Assembly (NCBI GenBank): GCA_965208675.1
Contig: OZ242351.1
Span: 4,672,001-4,736,000, forward strand
Source: Candidatus Poribacteria bacterium
Lineage (GTDB): Bacteria > Poribacteria > WGA-4E > PCPOR2b
Reading direction: 5' to 3'
Length of the DNA: 64,000 bases
Shown: piece after piece, positions 40,742-50,575 of the stretch
Layout of the letters: every line of letters starts with the position of its first letter
Position numbering within the stretch: the stretch's first letter is position 1
Position numbers and translations under genes: made by a program
The notes under the pieces: generated by a model
Seen by the model: the letters and a program-made list of their open reading frames with translations, nothing else
What the model was told of the DNA's origin: nothing
Database searches by the model: none

Positions 40742-42424
40742 TCAATTTGCAACCTTCTGATGTCGATGCCGCGGTCCATTTAGCAGCGTGCCAACCGGTG
40801 TATAGCGCACCAAGTATTCGTAAGTCACCAATAGCACCGCTGTGGTTGCGACACATATCAGACTGAACTTTAGCAGCGCCGGAAGTTGCCAAGGCTTAAT
40901 TAGCCATTGCGCGATGACGATTAACGGGAGGTGCGCGAGATAAATCCAGTAGGATGCATCCGAGACATACCGCCACACTCTGCTGCCTTTAACTACCAGC
41001 CGGCGAAACGCCCCCATCAAGGAAAACACCATCATCCAAGCGAACAGTGCCTGTGCGGCGACCGAGGCGATATGATTTGGCACTTCCGGATCAGCCGACC
41101 AGCCGAGCGTTAAACCGATGGGGGAGACAATTAGCAAGGCTACGGGCAGGGTGAAGAACCACCGTTTGCCGATTTTTCCGGTCTCGTCATTGCAATCGTA
41201 GTAGAGCGCGCCGAAGAAAAAGAAGATGGCATAATAAAAGAGCATGTGCGGCATAGGTAAAAAATTGGCTGAAAGGTCCGGACCAAAATTCGGGATTTTG
41301 CCTTGGGCGCCCATAAACCATTGCGGCAGCATCGTGAGCGGAATGAGCCACAGGTAGCGGCTCCACGGGAGTATGAACCTATGAAGACGACGCGACCAAC
41401 CGGTTCGATCGTCGATGGCGGCATATAATGCGAAGGCAGCCACAAACCAACATAGATACCAGAGGAACCAGAGGTGTGTGAGTATCTCGCCTGCGGTAAG
41501 GAAATTCCAAATGCGGCTCAGAATCTCGTAACCGGCGGACGCTTCTTTGCTATCCGTTATTAACTCGTGATGCCCTTGTTGTGCCATGCGATCACGGAGT
41601 ATCTCAATTACCTCCGCCCTGCCGGCTTTCACATTTTTCGAGTCAAATGAAATCTGTAAATAATTTGCGATTGCCCGTGTGTACGTCCAATTCGCCTGTG
41701 CGGTATCCAACGGTGTTTCACCGTTTAGGGTCTTGGCGGCGACATCTGCACCGTTGTCCAGAAGCAGTTTTACAATCTCCAGCTGTCCCATGAATGCCGC
41801 GGCGTGCAATGGGGTCGCCCCGTCTCTATTTTTAGCGTCAATGTCAGCCCCTGCCTCAATGAGAAGTTCCGCTGTTGCTTCCTTTCCCTCAAGGGCTGCC
41901 CATGACAGAGCCGTAACGCCGAATTCAGAATCCGCGGCGTTGGGGTCGGCGCCATCCGACAAGTGAAGCTTGAGCGCTTCAACGTCTCCAGTTTTTACTG
42001 CCGAGTAGAAATCACGTCGCCGAGTTTCTGACGGTGAACTAGGTTCGCCCTTGTCGGGCGTGATTGAAAAAGTGAAATTCGTCGCTGCAGCGAAGTAGCT
42101 AACATGGGTAATAGGGACGATGGTAAACAGCCCCAATATAAACGGGAGCAAAATGCGGCGAAACCGATGCTGCAAGAGCGACGCCAAACCTCGTTTGCGC
42201 CACAACATCGCCGTGAAGAAACCGCTCATGACAAAGAATACCGGCATTCGAAATCCGTGAATCAGCGCAAAAACGACACCGAGTCCGTCGGTTCGTTGCG
42301 TGTCTTGAACGGGCCAGATTGGCATATAAAAATATGCCATTGAAGCGTGCAATACGATGCCGAGCAGCATGGCGGCGGCACGCAAGGCATCGAGGTCGTG
42401 CCGCCGATTGGAAGGGGTGTTCAT
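40742..42424 (-). CDS. acyltransferase-3 (OpgC/MdoC-like) with internal ankyrin repeats
   Basis: RRHDLDALRA, HGFRMPVFF.MSGFF, HLWFLWYL, SYWIYLAH; about 4 ankyrin repeats (G.TPLHAAA..G...IVKLLLDNGAD). Confidence 0.92.
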   Translation of the reverse strand: MNTPSNRRHDLDALRAAAMLLGIVLHASMAYFYMPIWPVQDTQRTDGLGVVFALIHGFRMPVFFVMSGFFTAMLWRKRGLASLLQHRFRRILLPFILGLFTIVPITHVSYFAAATNFTFSITPDKGEPSSPSETRRRDFYSAVKTGDVEALKLHLSDGADPNAADSEFGVTALSWAALEGKEATAELLIEAGADIDAKNRDGATPLHAAAFMGQLEIVKLLLDNGADVAAKTLNGETPLDTAQANWTYTRAIANYLQISFDSKNVKAGRAEVIEILRDRMAQQGHHELITDSKEASAGYEILSRIWNFLTAGEILTHLWFLWYLCWFVAAFALYAAIDDRTGWSRRLHRFILPWSRYLWLIPLTMLPQWFMGAQGKIPNFGPDLSANFLPMPHMLFYYAIFFFFGALYYDCNDETGKIGKRWFFTLPVALLIVSPIGLTLGWSADPEVPNHIASVAAQALFAWMMVFSLMGAFRRLVVKGSRVWRYVSDASYWIYLAHLPLIVIAQWLIKPWQLPALLKFSLICVATTAVLLVTYEYLVRYTPVGTLLNGPRHRHQKVAN

Positions 42425-42479
42425 TTAATGAAGTCCTTTCAGTCCAGGGTTTTAGCGTGGGGGTTGAGAATATGGAAGA

Positions 42480-42845
42480 GACTATCGCCTTCGCTATTCA
42501 CTCAGTTGATCCCTCCCTGTTCGGTCGGTTGATCATACCCAACCTACGACCCTGTAGGAGCGATTTCCTAATCGCGACATTGTTCATTCCGTGCGACCTA
42601 ACCTGTGTGATTTTTAACCTCCCCTTACCCCTCCTTGGTAAGGAGGGGGATGATGCATGTGTTCGGTTCTCATTTAACCCCTCGCTTGTGAGCGTCCTAA
42701 TAATCCTCCCCCTTTCTAAGGGGGAGATTGAGGGGGTTGGTAGCGTATCGTTGAGAACAAGGAAGACTATCGCCTTCGCTATTCACTCAGTTGATCCTTC
42801 GCTATTCGCTCAGTCGATCCCTCCTTATCAAGGCGGGGAATGATG
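42480..42845. repeat. composite REP cluster at left edge of defence island
   Basis: GACTATCGCCTTCGCTATTC motif twice, GTAGGAGCGATTTCCTAATCGCGAC, CCCCTCCTTGGTAAGGAGGGG and CCCCCTTTCTAAGGGGG hairpins; same module order as 57010-57265 and 58040-58312. Confidence 0.85.
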
Positions 42846-45800
42846 ATTTTGTTCGGTTTCTGGATTTTCAATCACCAGCCATGTGACGAGTTCGAAGTCA
42901 GTTGCTCCGCTAATCTGATCGGTTAAAAGCGGCAGGGCGCCGCCGCGGCCTGACGTGAGGTTGTCGAAGGCGCGTTTTTTGTAGGTCTGGGCTATAGATT
43001 TTACGGTCTTTTCAAGAAGGTCGTCGTATTGGGACATTTCTGCCCCGTTAGCTGTGTATTCGTCGAACAGCGCACAGAGTTCGTCATACGGTCTGTTTTT
43101 GCCAGAGCAGAGTTGGCGGTACATTTCCAGAACCTGTTTGGGATAGGCAAATGAAAAGCGCACCATGCCATCATTTCGAATATAGACGAGGAAGTAGGGT
43201 TGGGTCGGATTCAATTTCACGTTTTCGTCCGACTCGGTTTTCTGGCGGAGGCAGAAGATGACTCCGGGTTGAATTATCGGGTCATTTGGAGGCGGCGGCA
43301 CGACAGCATAGAGCCCAAAAGGCGATTCCTCAAGTTTTTTCCGGTTACTTTCAATGTATTTTATGAGTTCTATGCGAAAATCGTCAAGCGTGAATTCGTT
43401 AAGGTTGACGTTTTCGTCAAAGTCTTCAAGGTCAAGGACTTCATCCTTGAGCCGAAGCAGTTGTTGATCACGGTATCGGAGATCGCCTTCAATCACATCG
43501 TGAAGTGCATCGGGATCGAGCAGGTTATCTCCTTGCGTAGCGGTAACGTCCACGAGCGCCATCCGGGCTTCAACCCGGTTTTTAAGGTTTATGTAACGAT
43601 TTAGATCGTCCGTGGGCCAGAAGTTGACAAGATGCACACGCTGGTTGACGCTTCCGATCCGATCAATCCGCCCGAAACGCTGTATGATGCGCACCGGGTT
43701 CCAGTGAATGTCGTAATTTATCACGTAGTCGCAGTCTTGGAGGTTTTGTCCTTCGGAGATACAGTCGGTGCCGATGAGCAAATCAATCTCCTCGTTCTGG
43801 GGCATGGATTCGTCGCTGGCACGGTTCTTCGCAATCGGGGAGAAGTTGGTGAGAATGTCGATGAAGTTGGTCCTGCCGAGCGTGGTTTTGTTCGCGCCTC
43901 CGCCTGTCACCATGCCGACGTGAATTTTCAGTTCAGTCCGCGCCCATTCGTGCAGCGCGCCGTAGAGGTAGTCGGCGGTGTCGGCAAATGCAGTGAATAC
44001 AAGCACCTTGCGATTCGGTGTATTTTCCTTCGTGGTTGTCGGATTATTTACCTTCGTCTCAACTAGTTCTTTAAGTTTAGCGAGTTTAGCATCACGGTCT
44101 ATGTTAATTTCTTTTGCCGAACGGAAGGGGCCTTCAAGCTGGTCTCGGTCATGTTGTAAATCCTCCAGCCACCGCTCAACGTCAAGGTGCGCCATCTTGA
44201 ACTTTAGGCTTTTACCAACTTCGAATGCATCCTGCCGTTCTTCGTCATCATCTGCGCCAATATTCATCTCCGCCGGATCTAGTTCAAGGTCTTCGGCTTG
44301 AGACTTTTGAAACAGTCGAATTCGCTTCTCCAAATCCTCAATCTTATCGAGCGTCCGCTTCAACGTAATCCTGAATGAATGTACGGAACTTTCCAACCGT
44401 TTAAGGAAGTTTACCTTCATCATGCCGATTAGGTAGTGCTCGCGGTCGCGCTGTGTAAAGTTATTGACCATTACTAGGTCGTATTTGGACTCGTATTCGG
44501 GGCGGAGATATTTGGTCGGATTGTAGAGGGAGAGCTGATACTGCGAAATCTCCGCGTTTAGCTCGTCGTAAGACATGAACTCACCGCGTGTATCAATATC
44601 CGGATAAACGGGTTCGGGTTTACTACGCTCCGGGAACCCGCCCAATTCCTTCAGTGAGCTAGGATAGTATTTTTCAATTTGTTTCCGGGAACGGGCGATT
44701 GTCAACCCGTCTAGCAACCTGAAGAAGGAGGTGCTTAGAATTTCAAGCAACCGTTGACTGCGGCGTACTCCATCCTGTTTTGCCCACCTGTTAAAGTCGG
44801 TTTGGGCGGCTGAGATGGTTTCTCTCAGGTTGGCGACGCCAAGCGATTCCTCGAAAGCGTCGTCACGCTCCTCCGTGAGAAAGTAGAGTTGGTTCCGTAG
44901 ATCCCTTAGGTCGTTGTTGACGGGCGTCGCGGACAGCAGCAGCATCTTGGTTTTTACGCCGCTCTTGACGATGTCTTCCATCAGCCGCTCGTAGCGGGAT
45001 CGGCTAATTGGAACCCCGTCCTCGTCCCGTTTTCCGCGGGTGTTGTTTCGGAAGTTGTGCGACTCGTCGATAACCACCAGCCCGTAGTTTCCCCAGTTAA
45101 ACGATGCAAGGTTAATATCGCCCGACTTACCGCTGCTCCGGCTCAGGTCGGTGTGCGACAGAACAGTGTAACCGAAGCGGTCGTTGGGAAACGGATTAAA
45201 CGTGTTTCCGGTGTGGGCTTGGTAGAGCGTCCAGTTCTCGCGCAATTTCTTGGGGCACAGCACCAGCACGTTTTCGTTGCGGAGTTCAAAGTACTTTATC
45301 ACCGCCAGCGCCTCGAACGTCTTGCCCAAACCGACGCTGTCAGCGATGATGCAGCCGTTGTGCGTCAAGATTTTATTGATGGCGCCTTTCACGCCGTCCT
45401 TCTGGAATTCATAGAGAACTTTCCAGATTTGGGTATCAACCAGTTGCGGCGGTTCGTCCAGCAGCCCCCACCCCTCCTGATCGCCCAAAAATTTTTCAAA
45501 AACGTGAAAAAGTGTTTTGTAGTATATGAATTCCGGGTCGTGATTCTCATAGAGCTGTTTTAAGTAGGTCAACACCTGTTCCTTAACGTCATCAACCCGA
45601 TTCTTGTCGTTCCAGAGTTCATCAAACCACAATTTCAAGTCGTTCAGGTCGCGCTTGTCTTCCACCGTCAGATTGAGTTCAATGTTACCCGCTGTTTGAC
45701 TTAACCCTAAACCCCGAACGGTAAAATTTGAACTGCCGAGGATGGCGTTTTCAACGCCGTTCTTAGCGATGTGGTACATCTTGCCGTGCAGCAAATTTGA

Positions 45801-46160
45801 TTCACGGATTGACCGCACCTCTACTTTCTCCTCAATCCAGTCAGCGCATTCCCGTGCCACCTGCTTGAGTTGAAGTTGGTTCCTCAAACGCAATCCGTCG
45901 CTATTTATGATGAAAGATTTCTTTTCAGATTTCTCGGAGTCTAGCCGATTAATGAATCGGGGTTCGCCGAATAGAAAGCGAAGGTCCCTGATTTGATACA
46001 GGGATGATTTCAACGCCTCGAAGGCGTAAATTGTAAAGTAAGCGGATACAACCGAGAGTGACGAACCGTTTTCGATTTGTGACTTCAGAAACTCGCCAAC
46101 CGTACCCCGCTCGCGGTTATCGCGGATGCCGGACGGGAATAGCGTCGTGTTTTCTGGCAT
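42828..46160 (-). CDS. PLD-nuclease/SNF2-like helicase (restriction-associated)
   Basis: N-terminal LHGKMY...GSSNFT (PLD); ADSVGLGKT, IDESHNFRN, LSATP, SEGQNLQ, QRFGRIDRIG. Confidence 0.92.
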   Translation of the reverse strand: MPENTTLFPSGIRDNRERGTVGEFLKSQIENGSSLSVVSAYFTIYAFEALKSSLYQIRDLRFLFGEPRFINRLDSEKSEKKSFIINSDGLRLRNQLQLKQVARECADWIEEKVEVRSIRESNLLHGKMYHIAKNGVENAILGSSNFTVRGLGLSQTAGNIELNLTVEDKRDLNDLKLWFDELWNDKNRVDDVKEQVLTYLKQLYENHDPEFIYYKTLFHVFEKFLGDQEGWGLLDEPPQLVDTQIWKVLYEFQKDGVKGAINKILTHNGCIIADSVGLGKTFEALAVIKYFELRNENVLVLCPKKLRENWTLYQAHTGNTFNPFPNDRFGYTVLSHTDLSRSSGKSGDINLASFNWGNYGLVVIDESHNFRNNTRGKRDEDGVPISRSRYERLMEDIVKSGVKTKMLLLSATPVNNDLRDLRNQLYFLTEERDDAFEESLGVANLRETISAAQTDFNRWAKQDGVRRSQRLLEILSTSFFRLLDGLTIARSRKQIEKYYPSSLKELGGFPERSKPEPVYPDIDTRGEFMSYDELNAEISQYQLSLYNPTKYLRPEYESKYDLVMVNNFTQRDREHYLIGMMKVNFLKRLESSVHSFRITLKRTLDKIEDLEKRIRLFQKSQAEDLELDPAEMNIGADDDEERQDAFEVGKSLKFKMAHLDVERWLEDLQHDRDQLEGPFRSAKEINIDRDAKLAKLKELVETKVNNPTTTKENTPNRKVLVFTAFADTADYLYGALHEWARTELKIHVGMVTGGGANKTTLGRTNFIDILTNFSPIAKNRASDESMPQNEEIDLLIGTDCISEGQNLQDCDYVINYDIHWNPVRIIQRFGRIDRIGSVNQRVHLVNFWPTDDLNRYINLKNRVEARMALVDVTATQGDNLLDPDALHDVIEGDLRYRDQQLLRLKDEVLDLEDFDENVNLNEFTLDDFRIELIKYIESNRKKLEESPFGLYAVVPPPPNDPIIQPGVIFCLRQKTESDENVKLNPTQPYFLVYIRNDGMVRFSFAYPKQVLEMYRQLCSGKNRPYDELCALFDEYTANGAEMSQYDDLLEKTVKSIAQTYKKRAFDNLTSGRGGALPLLTDQISGATDFELVTWLVIENPETEQNHHSPP

Positions 46161-46268
46161 ATTCTTCTCCTATGGGTCGGTGTCTGCTATTTTGGGGCTT
46201 TGAACTGTCTGAATCGCGGATTGGCGCGGATTTTGCGGATTACGCAGATTAAAACGTCGTAATCTGCG

Positions 46269-46670
46269 TCAATTTTTATCGGATTGCGTGAGTATTAACC
46301 TTTTGAATGTCAATTTTTTCGATCCGAAATTAATCAATAATCCGACTTTCAACCGGTATGTTCTCAAGTAATTTAACGCTTGGGCGATGTGCACGTCTTC
46401 CAGGTCGGTTATCGCTTTTAATTCCACCAATACCTTTTCTTCGACCACGAAATCTGCTCGACGAGTACCGATTGGTTCCGGCACATCTTTGTAGAAAATA
46501 TCTCGCTCCATTTCGCGCGCAAATGCCAAGCCTGCCCGCGCCAACTCAATTGCTAATCCTCGCTAATTTATCACCTCTTGAAAGCCGTTTCCTAAAAACT
46601 TGTGCACTTCAAACGCAGCCCCAATAATCTTTTCGGTGATATCCCTGTGTTTTAGATTGCCGCTCGTCAT
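46269..46670 (-). pseudogene. GxxExxY (PD-(D/E)XK-like) protein with in-frame TAG
   Basis: MTSGNLKHRDITEKIIGAAFEVHKFLGNGFQEVIN*RGLA; TAG at 46565-46563 where the paralog has CAG. Confidence 0.88.
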
Positions 46671-47233
46671 GCGTATGGGGTGTTGGTATGTATTCTTCTT
46701 TGTCTGAATCGCGGATTGGCGCGGATTAAGGGATTACACGGATTGAGAAGACCACACTATCAACCTGCTAACCGTGGGAGGGGACCTCCCCCGATTGGAT
46801 TAGCGATGAATCGGGACTGCCCTCAATCGCATCGGGGTATTGGTGCCTGCCCAAAGACAATAATGCCCAACAGCAATCATGAGCAGGGAAACCACAAGTA
46901 TCTTAATCCCGATTTATAGGGGGTTACCCCGACAAAAATTAACCATTTGCAGAGATGGATCACATCGCTTTACACCTTCTTTTACATGAGGCGAAATGTG
47001 GTGAATCTTATAGCCGTTTACATTCATATTTACACACATTCAGATACCCCCCTGATAAGGGGGGCTAGGGGGGTTGACACCTCTTTTTGATCGGAGTGAA
47101 GGTAATGTGTAATTTTTAGTTGCAGTGACTATAGATTTAATGAGACGCTCCGAACCGGTGCCGTTCGGAAACCGCGCCTACCGCGGAGGACGAAAGCGTC
47201 TATTTTTTTGGTGTTCACCATAATTTAGGGCAC

Positions 47234-48001
47234 TCATGTGACATCGAGGAACAGTTTACGACCATTTAACGGCTGTACCGGCCGGTTGTTGCCGTGGATA
47301 ATCGCTTTAAATGCCGCAATTTGCGATTCAGACATCTCAGCGGGTGTTGTGAGCACAATCCATTTGACACCCTCTGTACATGGCGGGGTCGTCAGTGAAC
47401 CGTCGTAGCGGTAGGTGCTAGGAAAAGTCTGTATTGCCGGATCTCGCATCTGTCCATTGGACGAGAGCATCAAATCAAGATCGATAACGACATTCTCAAT
47501 GCGCTGTTTTTCGAGCGGCGAGGACGGTAAGGAAGCCCAGATTGGGTCGAATGCAGGGTGGTGACGACCACTCTCGATTAACAAACCCACGACTGCTAAA
47601 TCGCCCGCTTCACTTTCGTGAACGAGGTGCATTTCCATGTCAAACGATTTACCTTCTACCGTATGTTCGCTAGGTGCATGGAAATGGAATTGGAGCAGTT
47701 GATAGTCGGTGCCATCGATCTGGATTCGGCTGCCTTCAGGATACGCCACTTCAATCGTGTGTCCATTATGGTGGACGTTCACACTCGTTGCAGTGTAATA
47801 CTCATAGAAGATTGGCGAAAGTTGGGTTGGCATTGGGTTCACAATGTCGATAGGTGATTGGTGCGTACCCTCGCCGCAAAGGATATATTCCTGATTAAGG
47901 TGCCCCCAAACATCCGGCCCATTCTCTGCTGCATAACCCCATTCCGCCTTGTGAGTATGGGCGGGAAATTTTTTTGTCCTATCACAACCTGTTATACACA
48001 T
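47234..48001 (-). CDS. alpha-class carbonic anhydrase (signal peptide apparently broken)
   Basis: WGY....GP..W, QSPIDI, QFHFH.PSEH, EMHLVH, YDGSLTTPPCTEGV, NNRPVQPLNGR. Confidence 0.93.
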   Translation of the reverse strand: MCITGCDRTKKFPAHTHKAEWGYAAENGPDVWGHLNQEYILCGEGTHQSPIDIVNPMPTQLSPIFYEYYTATSVNVHHNGHTIEVAYPEGSRIQIDGTDYQLLQFHFHAPSEHTVEGKSFDMEMHLVHESEAGDLAVVGLLIESGRHHPAFDPIWASLPSSPLEKQRIENVVIDLDLMLSSNGQMRDPAIQTFPSTYRYDGSLTTPPCTEGVKWIVLTTPAEMSESQIAAFKAIIHGNNRPVQPLNGRKLFLDVT

Positions 48002-48303
48002 AATAAATCAGATAACGAAGATAAATCTCTTCGCAATACAAGGACTCTGGAAATCGAGCCATGTTAGTAGTAAATAGACTTGGAATTGCGTCGTCATCAA
48101 TCAGATAACCTCCGAGTTTTTTATCGGCAACGTTCAGAATTTGTTTGAGAGAAGATATGGAGAAAACGGGAAAACGAGAAGCTGACAAAGATTTTGTTTG
48201 TCTGAATCGCGGATAGCCGCGGGTTTTACGGATAACGCAGAACAGTCTGAATCACGGATTGCCGCGGATTAAAGGATTACACGGATTAAAGGCGTTATTT
48301 GAA

Positions 48304-48705
48304 TCAGCGGCGATTCGGTTGCGTGAGAATTAACCTTTTGAATGTTAATTTTTTCGATCCGAAATTAATCAATAATCCGACTTCCAACCGATATGTTCTC
48401 AAGTAATTTAACGCTTGGGCGATGTGCACGTCTTCCAACTCGGTTATCGCTTTTAATTCCACCAACACCTTTTCTTCGACCACGAAATCTGCCCGACGAG
48501 TACCGATGGGTTCCTGCACATCTTTGTAGAAAATATCCCGCTCCATTTCGCGCACAAATACCAAACCCGCCCGTGCCAACTCAATCGCTAATCCTCGCTG
48601 ATATATCACCTCTAGAAAGCCGTTTCCCAAAAACTTGTGCACTTCAAACGCAGCCCCGATAATCTTTTCGGTAATATCGCTGTATTTTAGATTGGCGTTC
48701 GTCAT
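48304..48705 (-). CDS. GxxExxY (PD-(D/E)XK-like) protein, intact
   Basis: LGNGFLEVIYQ, RADFVVEEKVLVELKA, QALNYL, GLLINFG; ATG at 48705. Confidence 0.93.
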   Translation of the reverse strand: MTNANLKYSDITEKIIGAAFEVHKFLGNGFLEVIYQRGLAIELARAGLVFVREMERDIFYKDVQEPIGTRRADFVVEEKVLVELKAITELEDVHIAQALNYLRTYRLEVGLLINFGSKKLTFKRLILTQPNRR

Positions 48706-49097
48706 TCGTATGGGGTGTTGGTATGTATTCTTCTTTGTCTGAATCGCGGATTGGCGCGGATTTTGCGGATAACACAGATAGAAGAAAACCACGATTTTGG
48801 GGTTTGTTCCGCAAAACTCGGTATTGCGATTTCATTGTTGATATTCCAACAGAGATACATAACTGTCAGACACATCTCCGAAGTCGAAATTTGACAAAAC
48901 TTGACAAAATTTGACAGATTTTGTTTTTTCTCCGCAATGCACTCATTCATCGCCGTAGAGCCGCAATTGTCTGAATCGCGGATTGGCGCGGATTTTGCGG
49001 ATAACACAGATAGAAGAAAACCATCGCATTTGGGTTCGTTTCGCAACAAGGGGTGTCAGGTTTTCATCGTCAATGTGTCACAGCGGTCTGTAATTTG

Positions 49098-49928
49098 TCA
49101 CGCCTGCGGCGGCGACAGCATGGCGGTGATGTCTGGCGGCAGCTTCACCTCATGTTTCTGCTCGAAGTCCGGGACGCTTTCGTAGTCGTTTTGGAACGCG
49201 GCAATAACATTTAATCCCAAATTCTCAGCGGTAATCAGGTCTGCTTTGGCTTTTTCCCATTCCGCCAGGATTAACCACGCTTCACCACGATTGTAATAGG
49301 CATCGGCATAGTCTGGTTTCAGTTGCACGGCTTTAGTATAATCTACGATGGCACGCTCAACCTCCCTCTTTTTTACATAGGTTACGCCGCGATTGCTATA
49401 GGCTTCCGTTAACTTGGTATTTAGCGCTAATGCCTTGTTAAAATCTACGATAGCGCGGTCATATTCTCCTGTACGGAGGTAGGCTGTCCCCCGATTGTAA
49501 TAAGGTTCCGCATAATCCGGTTTCAACGCAAGTGCCTTGTTAAAGTCATCAATGGCTCGGTCATAATCCTTCTTGTCGCGGTAAGTGCTGCCACGATTAT
49601 TATAGGCTTGTGCATACACCGGCTTCAGTTGAATCGCCATATTATAGTCTTCGATAGCCCGGTCATACTTGGCTATCTCGTGCCGAACAACGCCACGATT
49701 GTTGTAGGCTATTGCATAATTAGGATTAATCTCTATTGCCTTGGTAAAATGTTCAATGGCATGGTCATAGTCTCGTGCGTTGAGATAATCAAGGCCGAGA
49801 TTGTTTAAGATTGCGGCGTCGCGCCGCTTTTGGCGCGCTTCTGGTCCGCGATGAATTTCGCCGAGTTCTGGTGCGTGTTCCTTCATATAAGCTTGATAAT
49901 CAAATTCCGCTTCCTTTATAGTATTCAT
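49098..49928 (-). CDS. TPR protein with short non-TPR (antitoxin-like?) N-terminus
   Basis: About 6 TPRs (AY.NRG..Y....YDRAI.D..KA..L.P); start overlaps the end of brnT. Confidence 0.88.
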   Translation of the reverse strand: MNTIKEAEFDYQAYMKEHAPELGEIHRGPEARQKRRDAAILNNLGLDYLNARDYDHAIEHFTKAIEINPNYAIAYNNRGVVRHEIAKYDRAIEDYNMAIQLKPVYAQAYNNRGSTYRDKKDYDRAIDDFNKALALKPDYAEPYYNRGTAYLRTGEYDRAIVDFNKALALNTKLTEAYSNRGVTYVKKREVERAIVDYTKAVQLKPDYADAYYNRGEAWLILAEWEKAKADLITAENLGLNVIAAFQNDYESVPDFEQKHEVKLPPDITAMLSPPQA

Positions 49929-50184
49929 CGACCAATCTCCTTTCCGCATCAAAAGCAGTGATTAAACGGTAAACTGGCAATTCTTCGTCGGAATAAACCA
50001 CTGCCAACAGTCGATTATCGACGGTCTTTCCTACAAGCATCCACCGGTCGTCGTGCCCGGTGGGAGCGGGGATTTCGTATCCATTTGGATCATCAAATGC
50101 AGAGACTACCTCATGAAATTGGACACCGTGTTTTCTTTCCACTTCTTTAAATTTGTCTGCATCCCATAAAAATCCGATATCCAT
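49900..50184 (-). CDS. BrnT family toxin
   Basis: F.WD..K.....KHGV.F.E...AF.DP, RW..VG, LLAVVY, RLITA. Confidence 0.85.
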   Translation of the reverse strand: MDIGFLWDADKFKEVERKHGVQFHEVVSAFDDPNGYEIPAPTGHDDRWMLVGKTVDNRLLAVVYSDEELPVYRLITAFDAERRLVDEYYKGSGI

Positions 50185-50575
50185 GTGATGGAGTCCATGT
50201 ATTTTACCAAATTATTGTAGAATTGCGTTGAGATTAGAAATCATCGGGATGCTGCACGATGACATGGTGAGGATAATTTCTTCCACAAATGTGTGTGCTT
50301 TCTTGTCTGAATTGCGGATTGAGGAAAAACACGGATTGAAGAATCCGCGTTATCCCCTTAATCCGTTTAATCTGTGATTCAGACAATTGGCGCCTCATTT
50401 ATAATCCATTTATTGTCTGAATCGCGGATAGCCACGGATTTTACGGAAAACACAGATTGAATAAATTCATCATATTTGGTTCGTTTGGCTTCGTTTCGCA
50501 AAAATGGGAATTACGTTTTTCATTGCGGCAACTTCTCTTATTCATCGCCAAGGAGGTACGTTAGTCTGTCATCGT

